IMG/VR virus record: IMGVR_UViG_3300021197_001482 | Length of the DNA: 64,000 bases | Reading direction: 5' to 3' (one strand) | DNA from: an uncultured virus (IMG/VR IMGVR_UViG_3300021197_001482) | Lineage: Duplodnaviria; Heunggongvirae; Uroviricota; Caudoviricetes | Part shown: piece after piece, positions 7,495 through 18,032 of the stretch | Numbering within the stretch: the stretch's first letter is position 1 | How the letters are laid out: each line of letters starts with the position of its first letter | Notes under the pieces: model-generated | The model's database searches: none | What the model saw: the letters and a program-made list of their open reading frames with translations, nothing else | What the model was told of the DNA's origin: nothing | Made by a program: the position numbers and the translations under genes

Positions 7495-9825
7495 ATGACT
7501 GAAACAGAAGCAAAACAAGTAAGCCAAAAGGCGGATGCCTTAGCACAATATACCAAAGGGAAAGAAGCGGGTGCTATCTATGCACCCTTTTGGAAACCAT
7601 TCAAGACTGTGCGTGTAGAACTGCATGAGAAAGGCTCGGACATAATGGTAGCGGTAGCACAAGTCTTGGATAAATTAGGCGAGGACTTCCCTCTCTTCGT
7701 GAGGGCATGTCCACTCCACCCACGCCCCGGAGTCTTGGAGTCCACTGCTGTTGATAACAAGGAGGATTTGTTCACGGTTATCGCTCGCATCACAAGACAG
7801 ATGCTTGGGCCTGACCCTTCTCCTGTTCCGCAGTATGAACATGGACTGTGCGACCCCGATGGTTGTATCATTGTTCAACCATTCTGTGAGGCTGACGCAT
7901 CAGCAGTTGTCTCACCCTATGCTCACGCTGTCATTGGCGCAGGGCATGACGGTGTTACTGCCGGTTCGGACTCACTTCAAATCATTATCAACCTCGCTGA
8001 TGCCACCAACGAGAGACCGGCAAGTGCGCTCTCGTCTTTAGGTATTGACCCAAGCAAAGTGCAACTTGAGTTCGTCAGTAAGTTGAATGACACCATAGAA
8101 AATACCATGCGTGGTAGCATCAAGGATGGTATCACCTTTGATGAAAACCACATCGTTCAGTTGCGTGGTTGTCCCGAAGGTCACATGCCTATCAAAGCCG
8201 CACCCCACCCTTTCACTCTTAGTGGTTCTATCGTTGATGGTAAAACCACAGTCACTCAAGTTATCACACTCACCGATGGTGGTGACGATGAGATGGCTCG
8301 CCTTGAACAAACCCTGCGTGAGATGGATGACATTACTGGTGTTATCGTAGCGCACCCAAGTGGTAGTCAAGGTTCACACCACGCAGGGCAGTGCCTCGCA
8401 TGGGGTGTCTCCTATGTCATCAGTGATACACCAAAGGTCGGTGACACATGGGTTGAGGTTGATGGATGGGTGATTGATGACCCCACCATTGAACCTGCGC
8501 CCTTCGACCACCACCACTGGCAAGAACATTTCATGCAGGGTCTTGGTGTCGGACTCACGAGGTTCACACGCCAACAAGGTTGGCTCTCCAATCACTTTCA
8601 CCAATTCTTAGGTAGTAATGTAATGCGTAGCCCTGCCGACACAGCATACTTCGCTGGTGTCTTTGCTGGTTTTCTACCAAACGCTATCCTATCTGTATCA
8701 ATGGGTGAGATGCGCCACGCATCACATCGCAAGAAGAACACACTTCCGATTGATGCTGTTACTTTTGCCGCACTCAACAAGGGTGTACATCACAATGCGT
8801 GGATGTCGGGTAATCGAAAGCACTACTACACACTCATCGAAGACCGACCACTCACACTCAAGAGTATGGCGGGGCAACTTGATTGGCTCGCAACCATGTA
8901 CAGCAGTGGATGGGAGGGTGGCTACGGTGGTACGAACTACATGAAATCTACCGCCAAAGGTTTAGCCATCATTCGTGCCGTACTCGCATACAACAAAGAG
9001 TCAAGCAAGGATAACTTCCTCGCACTACTCGGTGCTGTTAATGATGCCGAGAACATTGTACACAACAACGGTTTCTTCTTGAACAAGTTCCTTGACAAGC
9101 GAGCCTTCGACATCGGTACGAACCATCAAGTCGGCTCGGACAATACATACCTCACATCATTTAGGCCGGATGACTTCTTCGCTATCTACTACGCCGCATC
9201 ACACGCATACCAACACAGGGATATGCGTGATGAGGACATCGGTGAACTCACAGACACCACTGAAATAACTTCCTTCGCTATCAAGAAGCGCACCTATCAT
9301 TATCAAAAGAACAATCCGTTGTTCACACGCACTGACTTACCTAAAGCGTACTCCGATATGCTTGTTGGTTTGATTGATGACTTCTCCCCATACAACATAC
9401 ATTACTTGGAGTCGAAGTACACATCAAGTGATAAGTTCGTACCATGTGGTGCAAGCAATTGTAGCAAGTGCGTACAGATTAAAATTGAAGCGATAGATAC
9501 CGACTTGACTATCCCTCTACCATCATCTGTTTCTTACGACATGTATGTACCCACCAACGAAGTTGATGAAGAAGTTGTATGGGAGTTGGACACAGACATG
9601 GCGTTAATGTGTTCACTGTTCAAGAACAATGTTTACGACGACGATGTATTACCATCGGTGGCACAGTTCTATGTGTTTGTAAAAAAGCATTCACTACAAA
9701 ACAGCAAACTCTCTACGCATAAGCAATTGATAAAGCACTATGCTAATTGGATAACGAACATGCCACAGGAAACAAAGGTCGCACTACTTGAGAAGGTACA
9801 TGAGATAACAAAAGGAGATGAATGA
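7495..9825 (+). CDS. PEP-utilising-enzyme-like dikinase: ATP-grasp domain, swivelling phospho-His domain and uncharacterised C-terminal domain
   Basis: Motifs in PPDK/PEP-synthase order: SQKADAL, LFVRAC, IIVQPF, GHDGVTAG, QLEFV, IVQLRG; mobile-domain motif GSQGSHHAGQCLAWGVSYVI; start moved to 7495 because the ORF-track start lies inside the promoter. Confidence 0.75.
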   Translation: MTETEAKQVSQKADALAQYTKGKEAGAIYAPFWKPFKTVRVELHEKGSDIMVAVAQVLDKLGEDFPLFVRACPLHPRPGVLESTAVDNKEDLFTVIARITRQMLGPDPSPVPQYEHGLCDPDGCIIVQPFCEADASAVVSPYAHAVIGAGHDGVTAGSDSLQIIINLADATNERPASALSSLGIDPSKVQLEFVSKLNDTIENTMRGSIKDGITFDENHIVQLRGCPEGHMPIKAAPHPFTLSGSIVDGKTTVTQVITLTDGGDDEMARLEQTLREMDDITGVIVAHPSGSQGSHHAGQCLAWGVSYVISDTPKVGDTWVEVDGWVIDDPTIEPAPFDHHHWQEHFMQGLGVGLTRFTRQQGWLSNHFHQFLGSNVMRSPADTAYFAGVFAGFLPNAILSVSMGEMRHASHRKKNTLPIDAVTFAALNKGVHHNAWMSGNRKHYYTLIEDRPLTLKSMAGQLDWLATMYSSGWEGGYGGTNYMKSTAKGLAIIRAVLAYNKESSKDNFLALLGAVNDAENIVHNNGFFLNKFLDKRAFDIGTNHQVGSDNTYLTSFRPDDFFAIYYAASHAYQHRDMRDEDIGELTDTTEITSFAIKKRTYHYQKNNPLFTRTDLPKAYSDMLVGLIDDFSPYNIHYLESKYTSSDKFVPCGASNCSKCVQIKIEAIDTDLTIPLPSSVSYDMYVPTNEVDEEVVWELDTDMALMCSLFKNNVYDDDVLPSVAQFYVFVKKHSLQNSKLSTHKQLIKHYANWITNMPQETKVALLEKVHEITKGDE

Positions 9826-11110
9826 TATGGGAAAAAGAAGTAAGAAAATACGCAAGCAAAACAAGAACGCAAAGAAACAATTGACGGTGAAGCCAATGAA
9901 AAAGACTACTGTTTATGGCGGGTGGGTTGACAAGAGCAACTGCCACACAGGACACAACCTCATATTCAAAACCGTTGATGGTATCGAAGTGTGGGCCGGT
10001 GGTAAGAATCGTGCAGGTGGTTGGCACTTGATGAACCCACTACCGCAGTTGGCTATGGGGCCGAGCGAGACTCTTGGTTCATACACTGTCGGTAGCAAAA
10101 CCAAAGTGCCGGAGGGTTGGTCGTGCGAACAGCACCTTGACAACTCCACTCCACCACTCATGCTGTCGTTTGATTGGCCGGACTATTCTATACCCAAGGT
10201 CAACAAATACTTTTGGTACGCTGTCATTGATGACATCCGTGAGCATGGTATCAAGACTGTGAGTACACAGTGTGCCGGAGGTCATGGTCGCACTGGTGTT
10301 CAGTTGGCTATCCTTGCATACTTACTTGGCACAGAAGACGAGCGAGCCGCTTGGCCCGACGCAGGTGTGTTGATTGATTGGGTGCGTGAGCAACACTGTA
10401 CCCACGCTGTCGAGGCTAAGTCTCAACAAGAATACATCGCAGATGTATGCGACATCCCTATTGGTGAAGACAAAGTTCACGCCCCAGCATACAGTGGTTA
10501 CTCTTGGGGTGGTGGTGGTTCGGGAAAAGTAACACAGACTACTGGCACAGATAGTCCGTTCACCAAGGGTACGGGTAAGTTCGACGGCTTGTTCATTGAC
10601 TACCAAGGTGCTGATTGGTGTCCACACTGTGAACACATACCTGCCAAGGGATTCATTATCAATGGTGACAAATGCCCCAAGTGTGGTAAAGACCCACAGC
10701 ATCCACCATCAAGTAAGGATGAACAGACATTACTCTTACCTGTTTCCGATGACATATGGGAATCACCTTGCGAGGCATGTGGTAGTGCGAATGTTATTGA
10801 TGACGAGTGCCTTGACTGTGGCTACGATGATACAGTAATATGGGATGATGATATACCTTGCTCGTCTTGCGGTGATGAATACAATTTTACACAGATGCAA
10901 GGTGGTGTTTGCTTCCCTTGTTTGTTTCAAGAGAAGTCATTACCCAAGGGCGACCTGTCGGTGAAACAAATAGGTGTTGTTACAAGGATGAAGGTCAAGT
11001 GCGTAGTAACCAACACCATGCAATACTCGTCTTTCATCAAACGATTCGATGAGAAGGCAAATGGATTTGTCAGTTACAAAGGTGACATGAAGAAGGAAGT
11101 GAAACAATGA
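9818..11110 (+). CDS. PTP/dual-specificity-family phosphatase with C-terminal Zn-ribbon repeats
   Basis: FDWPDY (WPD loop), QCAGGHGRTG (CX5R), VEAKSQQEYI (Q-loop); several CxxC pairs downstream. Confidence 0.85.
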   Translation: MNDMGKRSKKIRKQNKNAKKQLTVKPMKKTTVYGGWVDKSNCHTGHNLIFKTVDGIEVWAGGKNRAGGWHLMNPLPQLAMGPSETLGSYTVGSKTKVPEGWSCEQHLDNSTPPLMLSFDWPDYSIPKVNKYFWYAVIDDIREHGIKTVSTQCAGGHGRTGVQLAILAYLLGTEDERAAWPDAGVLIDWVREQHCTHAVEAKSQQEYIADVCDIPIGEDKVHAPAYSGYSWGGGGSGKVTQTTGTDSPFTKGTGKFDGLFIDYQGADWCPHCEHIPAKGFIINGDKCPKCGKDPQHPPSSKDEQTLLLPVSDDIWESPCEACGSANVIDDECLDCGYDDTVIWDDDIPCSSCGDEYNFTQMQGGVCFPCLFQEKSLPKGDLSVKQIGVVTRMKVKCVVTNTMQYSSFIKRFDEKANGFVSYKGDMKKEVKQ

Positions 11111-11298
11111 ACAGAACATACGAAGACATGAGCAAGCAAGAACTGATTACACTGGTGACACGACTGGCAAAGCAACACGATGAGTGGAGTGCCGAAGCCA
11201 AGCGGTTGCGTGAAGAACTTGAGCGTATGACTACACTATGCAAATGGTGGGTAGGCGAAGCCGAGCGATTAGAAGAACAGATGGAGGTGATTGAATGA
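11107..11298 (+). CDS. Small coiled-coil protein
   Basis: Translationally coupled ORF with heptad pattern. Confidence 0.6.
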   Translation: MNRTYEDMSKQELITLVTRLAKQHDEWSAEAKRLREELERMTTLCKWWVGEAERLEEQMEVIE

Positions 11299-11464
11299 GT
11301 AAAAAGTTTCAATGTTTAGCAACGCATTACGGACACGGATATGCTTACGGCCATTATGATTTAGAGTCAAATAATGAAGATGAAATCATGGAAGAACTAA
11401 AAGAAAGAGGCTACGATGATGTCATAGAGATATGGGATATTGAGGCACAATAGGAGATGATTGA

Positions 11465-14038
11465 ATGAACACTACCATTGTACACAGAATGATACGCACC
11501 TTCACAGGCTACGGCTCACCGGACTTAGGTAAGGATGACATCGGCCCGAACAAAGCCGACTGGCCTTTCTTCAACCGTGTATCACACGCTAATACTATCC
11601 AAGAGCATGAACTCCTTGAGGCGGCTGAACGATTTCATAAGTATCGCAACACACAACTGCCATCCATCCTCACTGACGCAGGACTGATTGAACAGAAAGG
11701 ACAAGTAAGTTCTTTCTTACTTAGCATGAAGAAGCAGGGCGAGACAGCCAAGCGTGAGTATGAACAGATGGCACAGCGACGAGCCGAGAAACATATTCGT
11801 GAATCGAATGGCGACACTGTTCTTAGTAAGACACTACTCTCTCGTAAGGATGTATTCGATGACATGGTTATCGAGGCTGTCATGTATGCGAGGGAATGTG
11901 ATGAGGCTACTGCTAAACATTACATTAAGAGTTATGTTTCTTCATGGCAACCACCACGCTCGGTGCGTGTATCAGTATCACTCGTGGATGATGTATGGAA
12001 GAACAAGTGGGGTAAGGAATCGAAGACGACTCGCATCGCACTGACCTACCACTACAACCCTGCGTTCAATGCGGCACTGAAAGCATCACTCTCTTTCCCT
12101 CAAGTAAAGTTCAGTGGTGCAACAAAGCAATGGACTCTCGCCAACAACGACGAGGTTCTCAACAAAGCAGTGAAGGCATTGGAGAAGGAGGGTGCATTCT
12201 TTGATGAGACACTGGCGTTACTCCGAGGGGAGAATACTTTCACTCCGATAGTAAAGACCAACCGAGTGACCGAGACTACTGCTACCCTGCGTGGCTCATC
12301 AGTCATACTCCAATGGCCTTACATCAGTGAGCCGGACATTCGTTCTCGCATCATGGGTGAGGTCAAGTCCACTCAAGGTCGCAAGTATAATCCCGACAAC
12401 AAGACATGGAGTGTGGCACTCACCGAGGCCGCACCTCTCATTGATAGGTTGCGTAAGTTACAACTTACTCAAGCAACTGCGTTGGCATCAGCCATCGAAC
12501 TCATCCCCGAAGTACACACAGTCATGGAGGAACGAGCAAAGCGTATCGCTATCAGTAGTGCATCCCGATTGGATGACACCTTACTCGTGAGTGAGATGCG
12601 TGATGAGTTATCCAAACACTTTCCCGAAGGGCGAGAGTTGTACCCGTTTCAATATGTCGGAGTGCAGTTCGCTCAACTGGCAGGTGGTCGTTGTCTCATT
12701 GGTGATGACATGGGGATTGGTAAGACAATCCAAGCCCTCGCTTACATCGCATTGAATCAAGACAAGTTACCTGCGCTGGTAGTATGCCCTGCCAATGTCA
12801 AATACAATTGGGCGAAGGAGGCCGAGGCTTGGCTACCTAACTTGAGTGTGAATGTAGTTGAAGGTCGAAGCAAAGGTAACATCGAACCTGCTGACATCAT
12901 CGTGTGTAACTATGACATTATGAATGGTCGAATGAATCAACTACTTGACATGGACATTAACATCGTGGTGTGTGACGAGAGCCACTACCTCAAGAACAGT
13001 AAGGCCAAGCGCACCGAGGCAACCCTTGAGGTAGCCAAGCAAAGTCACTCGGCACTGTGCTTGAGTGGTACAGCCATCACCAACAGACCCAACGAGTTCT
13101 TCACTACACTGAACCTTGTCCGACCCAACGAGTTCAACTCCTTCTTCGATTATGGTAAGCGTTACTGTGACGGCTACCACACAGGTTGGGGTTGGGATTT
13201 CTCCGGCTCTACCAACAGCGATGAGTTGCACGAGCGCACTCGTGACTTCTGTATTCGCAGACTCAAGCAAGAGGTACTGACCGAACTACCCGACAAGCAA
13301 CGCACACTCCACACTGTCAAGCCAAGTAAGCAAGCACTTACTAATTACAATGCTCTCCATTCGTCTTGGATTGACGAGTGGAATCATCACCGTGAGACAC
13401 ACACCATGCCAAAGGGATTTGTTCTTAACATGTTGACTGACCTACGGCATGAGTGTGGTAAAATGAAAGCGGCATCGGCGGTGGACTACATCAAGGAGTA
13501 CCGTGAGATTACAGGTAAGCCGTTGGTTGTCTTCGCTCACCACAAGGATGTACTCAAAGAGATTCACACAGGACTCAAGGATGACAAGGATTACCAATGG
13601 AGGATGGGTGTTGTCGCAGGTGGTGTCACTGCCGAGGCACGACAGCAACGAGTCGAAGCATTTCAAGCAGGGCAACTTGATGTCATGCTGTGCAGTACAG
13701 TAGCGGCCAAGGAGGGTATCACTCTCACCGAGGCTGACACTGTTCTGTTCGTTGAGCGTGAGTGGGTTCCCGCATGGGAGGAACAAGCCGAAGACCGTGT
13801 GTATCGTATCGGTCAAGACAGTGACTCGGTGCAAGCCGTGTACCTCACAGTAGCAGGTACGATAGACGAGAAGTTCAATGCTGTTATCGAAGCAAAGCGT
13901 GGCGTAGTCAAGGCTGTGCTTGATGGTGGCGAGATGGATGAGCGCAAGGGTATAGCCAATGCACTCATCGAAGCGATGATAGATGCAGGTGACTTACCTG
14001 CTGACTTCAATAAGAAAAAGGGCAACCAAAACAAATGA
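11465..14038 (+). CDS. SNF2-family ATPase with two HARP-like domains (SMARCAL1-like annealing helicase)
   Basis: LIGDDMGIGKT, VCDESH, LSGTA, EGITLT, QAEDRVYRIGQ; HARP-like segments YNPAFNAALK...KFSGATKQWTL and GRKYNPDNKTWSV. Confidence 0.9.
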   Translation: MNTTIVHRMIRTFTGYGSPDLGKDDIGPNKADWPFFNRVSHANTIQEHELLEAAERFHKYRNTQLPSILTDAGLIEQKGQVSSFLLSMKKQGETAKREYEQMAQRRAEKHIRESNGDTVLSKTLLSRKDVFDDMVIEAVMYARECDEATAKHYIKSYVSSWQPPRSVRVSVSLVDDVWKNKWGKESKTTRIALTYHYNPAFNAALKASLSFPQVKFSGATKQWTLANNDEVLNKAVKALEKEGAFFDETLALLRGENTFTPIVKTNRVTETTATLRGSSVILQWPYISEPDIRSRIMGEVKSTQGRKYNPDNKTWSVALTEAAPLIDRLRKLQLTQATALASAIELIPEVHTVMEERAKRIAISSASRLDDTLLVSEMRDELSKHFPEGRELYPFQYVGVQFAQLAGGRCLIGDDMGIGKTIQALAYIALNQDKLPALVVCPANVKYNWAKEAEAWLPNLSVNVVEGRSKGNIEPADIIVCNYDIMNGRMNQLLDMDINIVVCDESHYLKNSKAKRTEATLEVAKQSHSALCLSGTAITNRPNEFFTTLNLVRPNEFNSFFDYGKRYCDGYHTGWGWDFSGSTNSDELHERTRDFCIRRLKQEVLTELPDKQRTLHTVKPSKQALTNYNALHSSWIDEWNHHRETHTMPKGFVLNMLTDLRHECGKMKAASAVDYIKEYREITGKPLVVFAHHKDVLKEIHTGLKDDKDYQWRMGVVAGGVTAEARQQRVEAFQAGQLDVMLCSTVAAKEGITLTEADTVLFVEREWVPAWEEQAEDRVYRIGQDSDSVQAVYLTVAGTIDEKFNAVIEAKRGVVKAVLDGGEMDERKGIANALIEAMIDAGDLPADFNKKKGNQNK

Positions 14039-14058
14039 TATATAAATACCAAAAGAAA
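14031..14058 (+). promoter_or_regulatory. Viral promoter repeat, copy 4
   Basis: ACAAATGATATATAAATACCAAAAGAAA. Confidence 0.8.
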
Positions 14059-14074
14059 TGGAGGATGAACAACG

Positions 14075-14503
14075 ATGACAGAAATAACAGAACACTGGAT
14101 AACGAATCACGATGTAGAGGATGGCCCTGTCTTACAGGTAAGGGTGAATGCCGGAGACACGATACTACACATACAAGGATATGGGAAAGAACAGAACAGA
14201 CCGTATGGTTTTGCACACAAGTTCTATGTTCCCCATGAGATGACCGAGTGGTTGCGACAGCAATCCCCAAATTACTTATCATTCGCCTCACCAAACGAGG
14301 CGTATATCCGAGGTGTTGGTATAGTACAGTACACTGATGGTGTGCAACTTCTCATTGATGGCGAGGGAGGTAATCATACTCAAGGCACACACTTCGTACT
14401 TGACTTGAACCTTGACAAACCTTTGGTGAAAGAACTCATGGACTTCGTGAACAACAACGACTTACTCTCTACGGTAAACTCAACAAGGTGGGTGCAAGAA
14501 TGA
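14075..14503 (+). CDS. Hypothetical protein
   Basis: RBS GGAGG and promoter copy upstream. Confidence 0.7.
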   Translation: MTEITEHWITNHDVEDGPVLQVRVNAGDTILHIQGYGKEQNRPYGFAHKFYVPHEMTEWLRQQSPNYLSFASPNEAYIRGVGIVQYTDGVQLLIDGEGGNHTQGTHFVLDLNLDKPLVKELMDFVNNNDLLSTVNSTRWVQE

Positions 14504-15099
14504 AGTCGTACAGTACAGTAACAGAATCTCTTACCGTCTTACACGAGGCGATGATGGGCGAGACACTACAGTGGCCCGCCTCCTTCTCGGATGCTTACCG
14601 TTTCAATCGCACAGCGCAAGAACTCTTAACGAAGAGAGCCAACACTGATGCACCTAAGCATGGGTTGTGGAATGAGGCTTACATGCAGGTGAGTTTGATT
14701 GATTCATTCGATGCACTGTTTTGGATAAAGTCGTTTGAACATCTCGCAGATAAGTTCAGTGTACCTATGTCATGGATTGCGGCACTGCGACTCTATGCTC
14801 ATCCCGATGCGATGGGTGACAAGTGGGGTGTCAAAGCCTTACCATCATTCGTTGATGATGAGGGCTATTGTCAAGAGTCACTATGGGCGGCTCACCTTGA
14901 TGGAGTCAAGGCGGGGCTTATCACCATTGAAGACTTCCCCTTCTTACGAAGACCCGAAGCAGTGGAGTTCAGCGAGATAGCATTAGGTGAGGCTACTAAG
15001 AAAGCGGAGTCATTGGACATGGATGTTGATGACTTCTTGGCGAGCATTGATGATGACACCTATGACATGGTGCTACCCACACGAGGTGATGATGAATGA
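14500..15099 (+). CDS. Hypothetical protein
   Basis: ATGA-coupled ORF (MKSYSTV). Confidence 0.7.
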   Translation: MKSYSTVTESLTVLHEAMMGETLQWPASFSDAYRFNRTAQELLTKRANTDAPKHGLWNEAYMQVSLIDSFDALFWIKSFEHLADKFSVPMSWIAALRLYAHPDAMGDKWGVKALPSFVDDEGYCQESLWAAHLDGVKAGLITIEDFPFLRRPEAVEFSEIALGEATKKAESLDMDVDDFLASIDDDTYDMVLPTRGDDE

Positions 15100-15116
15100 T
15101 GATAGTCACTGATGAG

Positions 15117-15216
15117 NNNNNNNNNNNNNNNNNNNNNNNNNNNNNNNNNNNNNNNNNNNNNNNNNNNNNNNNNNNNNNNNNNNNNNNNNNNNNNNNNNNN
15201 NNNNNNNNNNNNNNNN
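15117..15216. other. Assembly gap (100 N)
   Basis: Run of n. Confidence 1.
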
Positions 15217-16540
15217 GAAATTACTTTCAATGGTATAACATACTACATCTACCGGAGGAACTGAACATGCAAACAGCCATTACAAAATTACTAATTTCTA
15301 CACACAAAGACGGAGTACCGAAAGACATTCATGCGGTATTCAGCGACGGGCGGCGGCTAACACTAAACTACCAACGCACATGGCGACAGTGCTTCGCAAA
15401 TCTAAACGGAAACAAGCGCACAAGTCGTGGACTTGAAACAAGTTTCTTACATCACATTACGACTGACGGTATCAATTCACCGTGGGTAGATATGACTCGC
15501 AGTGATTGGGCGAATGTTTGCTTCGCATATCGAACTGAAATGGAGGAATTGAAATGAGTGAATTGAAAATAAGAATAGAGACAGACGAATACATCTACGA
15601 AGAATACTTGGAGGCATAAGCATGGATAATTATGAAAAATTACCACTACCAAGAATAACAGTAAGAGAATATCATTTGTTATCATGTATCATGAATGCTG
15701 AAGGTTTCAATGTCCGTAAAGGACGACCCGATACAGCAAGTGATATTATTAAGAATATACTTCACGCATACCATGAAAAGGAGAGAGAAGAATGAGACTA
15801 ATCATAGGCGCAGACCGATACATTACACTTGAACGAATCCCCGATACCACATGGTATCAAGTGACCGAATCAATTCGATGCCAACACATCACCAATGCGG
15901 GTGACATGGTACGAAGTACAACACGAGGGTGGGAGTTTTTCCTATCCCTTGATGATAACAGTCCAAAGTATGTGCTACCGAGCAGGGCGGCCATACTTGA
16001 CACACACACAGAAGGTGAAGAAGAATGAATGAAGAAAATAAATTGATAGAGATGATAGAGATACTGGATAAGGATGAATCGTACATCAGTAGAATGAGTC
16101 AAGTGGCTTTGGCTATGCGACCTACACTGAATGAGAAGCAGGTAGTCGAAGTGGTACGAAGGGCATTAGATGAGTTTGAAGAACATGAACCGGATGGTAG
16201 CGAAAATATTATCATGCGAATTGAGTTCCATGCAGACGATGTTCTCGGACATGGCGATGAAGAATACGCATACAGTGGTGAAGAAGAATGAGTCAAGAAC
16301 ATTACTACAAAACCGATGTTACGCTACGAGATGTATTGAGAACTACAGATTGTTTCGGAGGTAGAACTTTGATACCATGCCCTGTATGTAATTATCAGTT
16401 GGATTTTGGTAATACAATTAAACCAAAAAAAGGAGACATACCTATGTACCTGTCTTGCCCCGATGAAAATTGTTCATTTGAAGTGCGAGCAGTTACGAAA
16501 CAAGAACTTGATGAAGAAGTAGAAGAATGGAGTTGAAGAA

Positions 16541-17017
16541 ATGAAAATGAATAGAGGGAAATGGACAGAAGAAGACACGGCTACACTGTTGCGACTACGC
16601 AAAGAAGGTGTAGGGTACAGACGAATCGGGGCGCAACTAAACCGCACACCCCATGCTTGTATGCAACGATACAGTGTGAAGAAGCAACCTATCATTCAAT
16701 TGAATGAGAAGCAAAGCGGCTTGACACGCAACAAGAAGAAGTGGAGTGTCGCAGAAGACCGACTACTCAAGCGCATGATAAAAGACGAGCGAAGCATGGA
16801 GGACATGGTTCAAGAGTTGAAGCGTAGCGAGAAAGCAATAGCGGCAAGGATATGGATGCACACTGAAGGTAAGAAGCGACGAAAGGTTACACCTACTAAG
16901 GTTGAAACCTCCACAGACATTGGTATCGAGAACTTCATTGACTTCATTCGTGCTTTGCACCAAGAGAACAAAGAACTCCGAGCGAAGTTGGAAAGCATTC
17001 GCAATGCTTTAAAATAA
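16541..17017 (+). CDS. Tandem Myb/SANT-like HTH DNA-binding protein with C-terminal coiled coil
   Basis: Two repeats: KWTEEDTATLLRL...LNRT and KWSVAEDRLLKRM...LKRSEKAI. Confidence 0.7.
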   Translation: MKMNRGKWTEEDTATLLRLRKEGVGYRRIGAQLNRTPHACMQRYSVKKQPIIQLNEKQSGLTRNKKKWSVAEDRLLKRMIKDERSMEDMVQELKRSEKAIAARIWMHTEGKKRRKVTPTKVETSTDIGIENFIDFIRALHQENKELRAKLESIRNALK

Positions 17018-17038
17018 CACTGATACTTAGGAACAGCC

Positions 17039-17701
17039 ATGCCTACGCCAATGGATTTAGCAATGGCACACATTCGTAACCGTCAAGGTGGCGGTCAATA
17101 CCTCGGTGGTAGCACTGGGGCGAGACTCCATGAGACACCGCAAGGCCGCTTTGTTGAGAAGCGGGGCAACAGCGCAGGTCATTTACTCAATGAGTACGAC
17201 ATGAATCAATACCTCAATGCTCTCGGTGTAGGTGTGCCACAGGCTACGCTTCATCGAGAGGGAGGGCGACCTACTATGCTCACGCAGTTTGAAGAGGGGG
17301 CTACTCGCTACCGACCCGAAAGAGATAGGGCGCAGGTTACGCAAGACTTCGTACCTCATGCACTGGTAGCAAATTGGGACATGCTCGGTGCGGGTAACGA
17401 CAACGCACTAAGGCGACCCGATGGTAGTCTATCCTATGTTGATGTAGGAGGTGCGGGTGCATACCGAGCGCAAGGCGCACCTAAAGGACAAGCCTTCGGT
17501 CGTACAGTGGGTGAACTTGACACGCTACGAGGCAGGAACCCATACGAATTAGGACACATCACGGAACAAGACATCGGACAATCGTATGATACATACGGTG
17601 GCGAGACAGCCATGAACGATGCACTGCGCCACATACAAGACTCACAGACAAGAGATATATTACAGCAACGAGTACAGGATGTTGCGAGAAGAGTTGCTTG
17701 A
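17039..17701 (+). CDS. HipA/PI3-4-kinase-like kinase
   Basis: LGGSTGA Gly-loop, VEK Lys, NE helix Glu, LGVGVP, ANWDMLG..DN catalytic loop, VDVGG. Confidence 0.7.
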   Translation: MPTPMDLAMAHIRNRQGGGQYLGGSTGARLHETPQGRFVEKRGNSAGHLLNEYDMNQYLNALGVGVPQATLHREGGRPTMLTQFEEGATRYRPERDRAQVTQDFVPHALVANWDMLGAGNDNALRRPDGSLSYVDVGGAGAYRAQGAPKGQAFGRTVGELDTLRGRNPYELGHITEQDIGQSYDTYGGETAMNDALRHIQDSQTRDILQQRVQDVARRVA

Positions 17702-17707
17702 AAAAGT

Positions 17708-17746
17708 AACACTGAAACAAATGATATATAAATACTAAAAGAAATG
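17708..17746 (+). promoter_or_regulatory. Viral promoter repeat, copy 5
   Basis: AACACTGAAACAAATGATATATAAATACTAAAAGAAATG. Confidence 0.8.
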
Positions 17747-17750
17747 TTGG

Positions 17751-18032
17751 TTGATGGTAAATAACATTGACACAGACAAATACGAAGGACACACACCTGC
17801 TATTAGTTGGCGAAAGGCTGATGGTTCGGCTATGTCCATGCAGACGGCTAACAATGATGCTGATGCAGAACTCATGGCAGACGCACCACTTCTCCTCGCC
17901 GCTTACGACAAGCAGGTTCGCTGGATAAATGACATACTGTTCCGCCTTGAGAAAATGCAAGAAGCAAGTGAAGAATACAGGTCACGCTACCTACAAAAAG
18001 TGTATGAAGAATTGGAGATGATGATAGAATGA
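17751..18032 (+). CDS. Hypothetical protein, MIxTDKY family
   Basis: IDTDKYEGHT...DADAELMADAPLLLAA. Confidence 0.7.
   Translation: MMVNNIDTDKYEGHTPAISWRKADGSAMSMQTANNDADAELMADAPLLLAAYDKQVRWINDILFRLEKMQEASEEYRSRYLQKVYEELEMMIE

Noticed and set aside
15096..15557. Single 153-aa ORF spanning the second gap
   Set aside because: The gap length is nominal, so the frame across it cannot be trusted.
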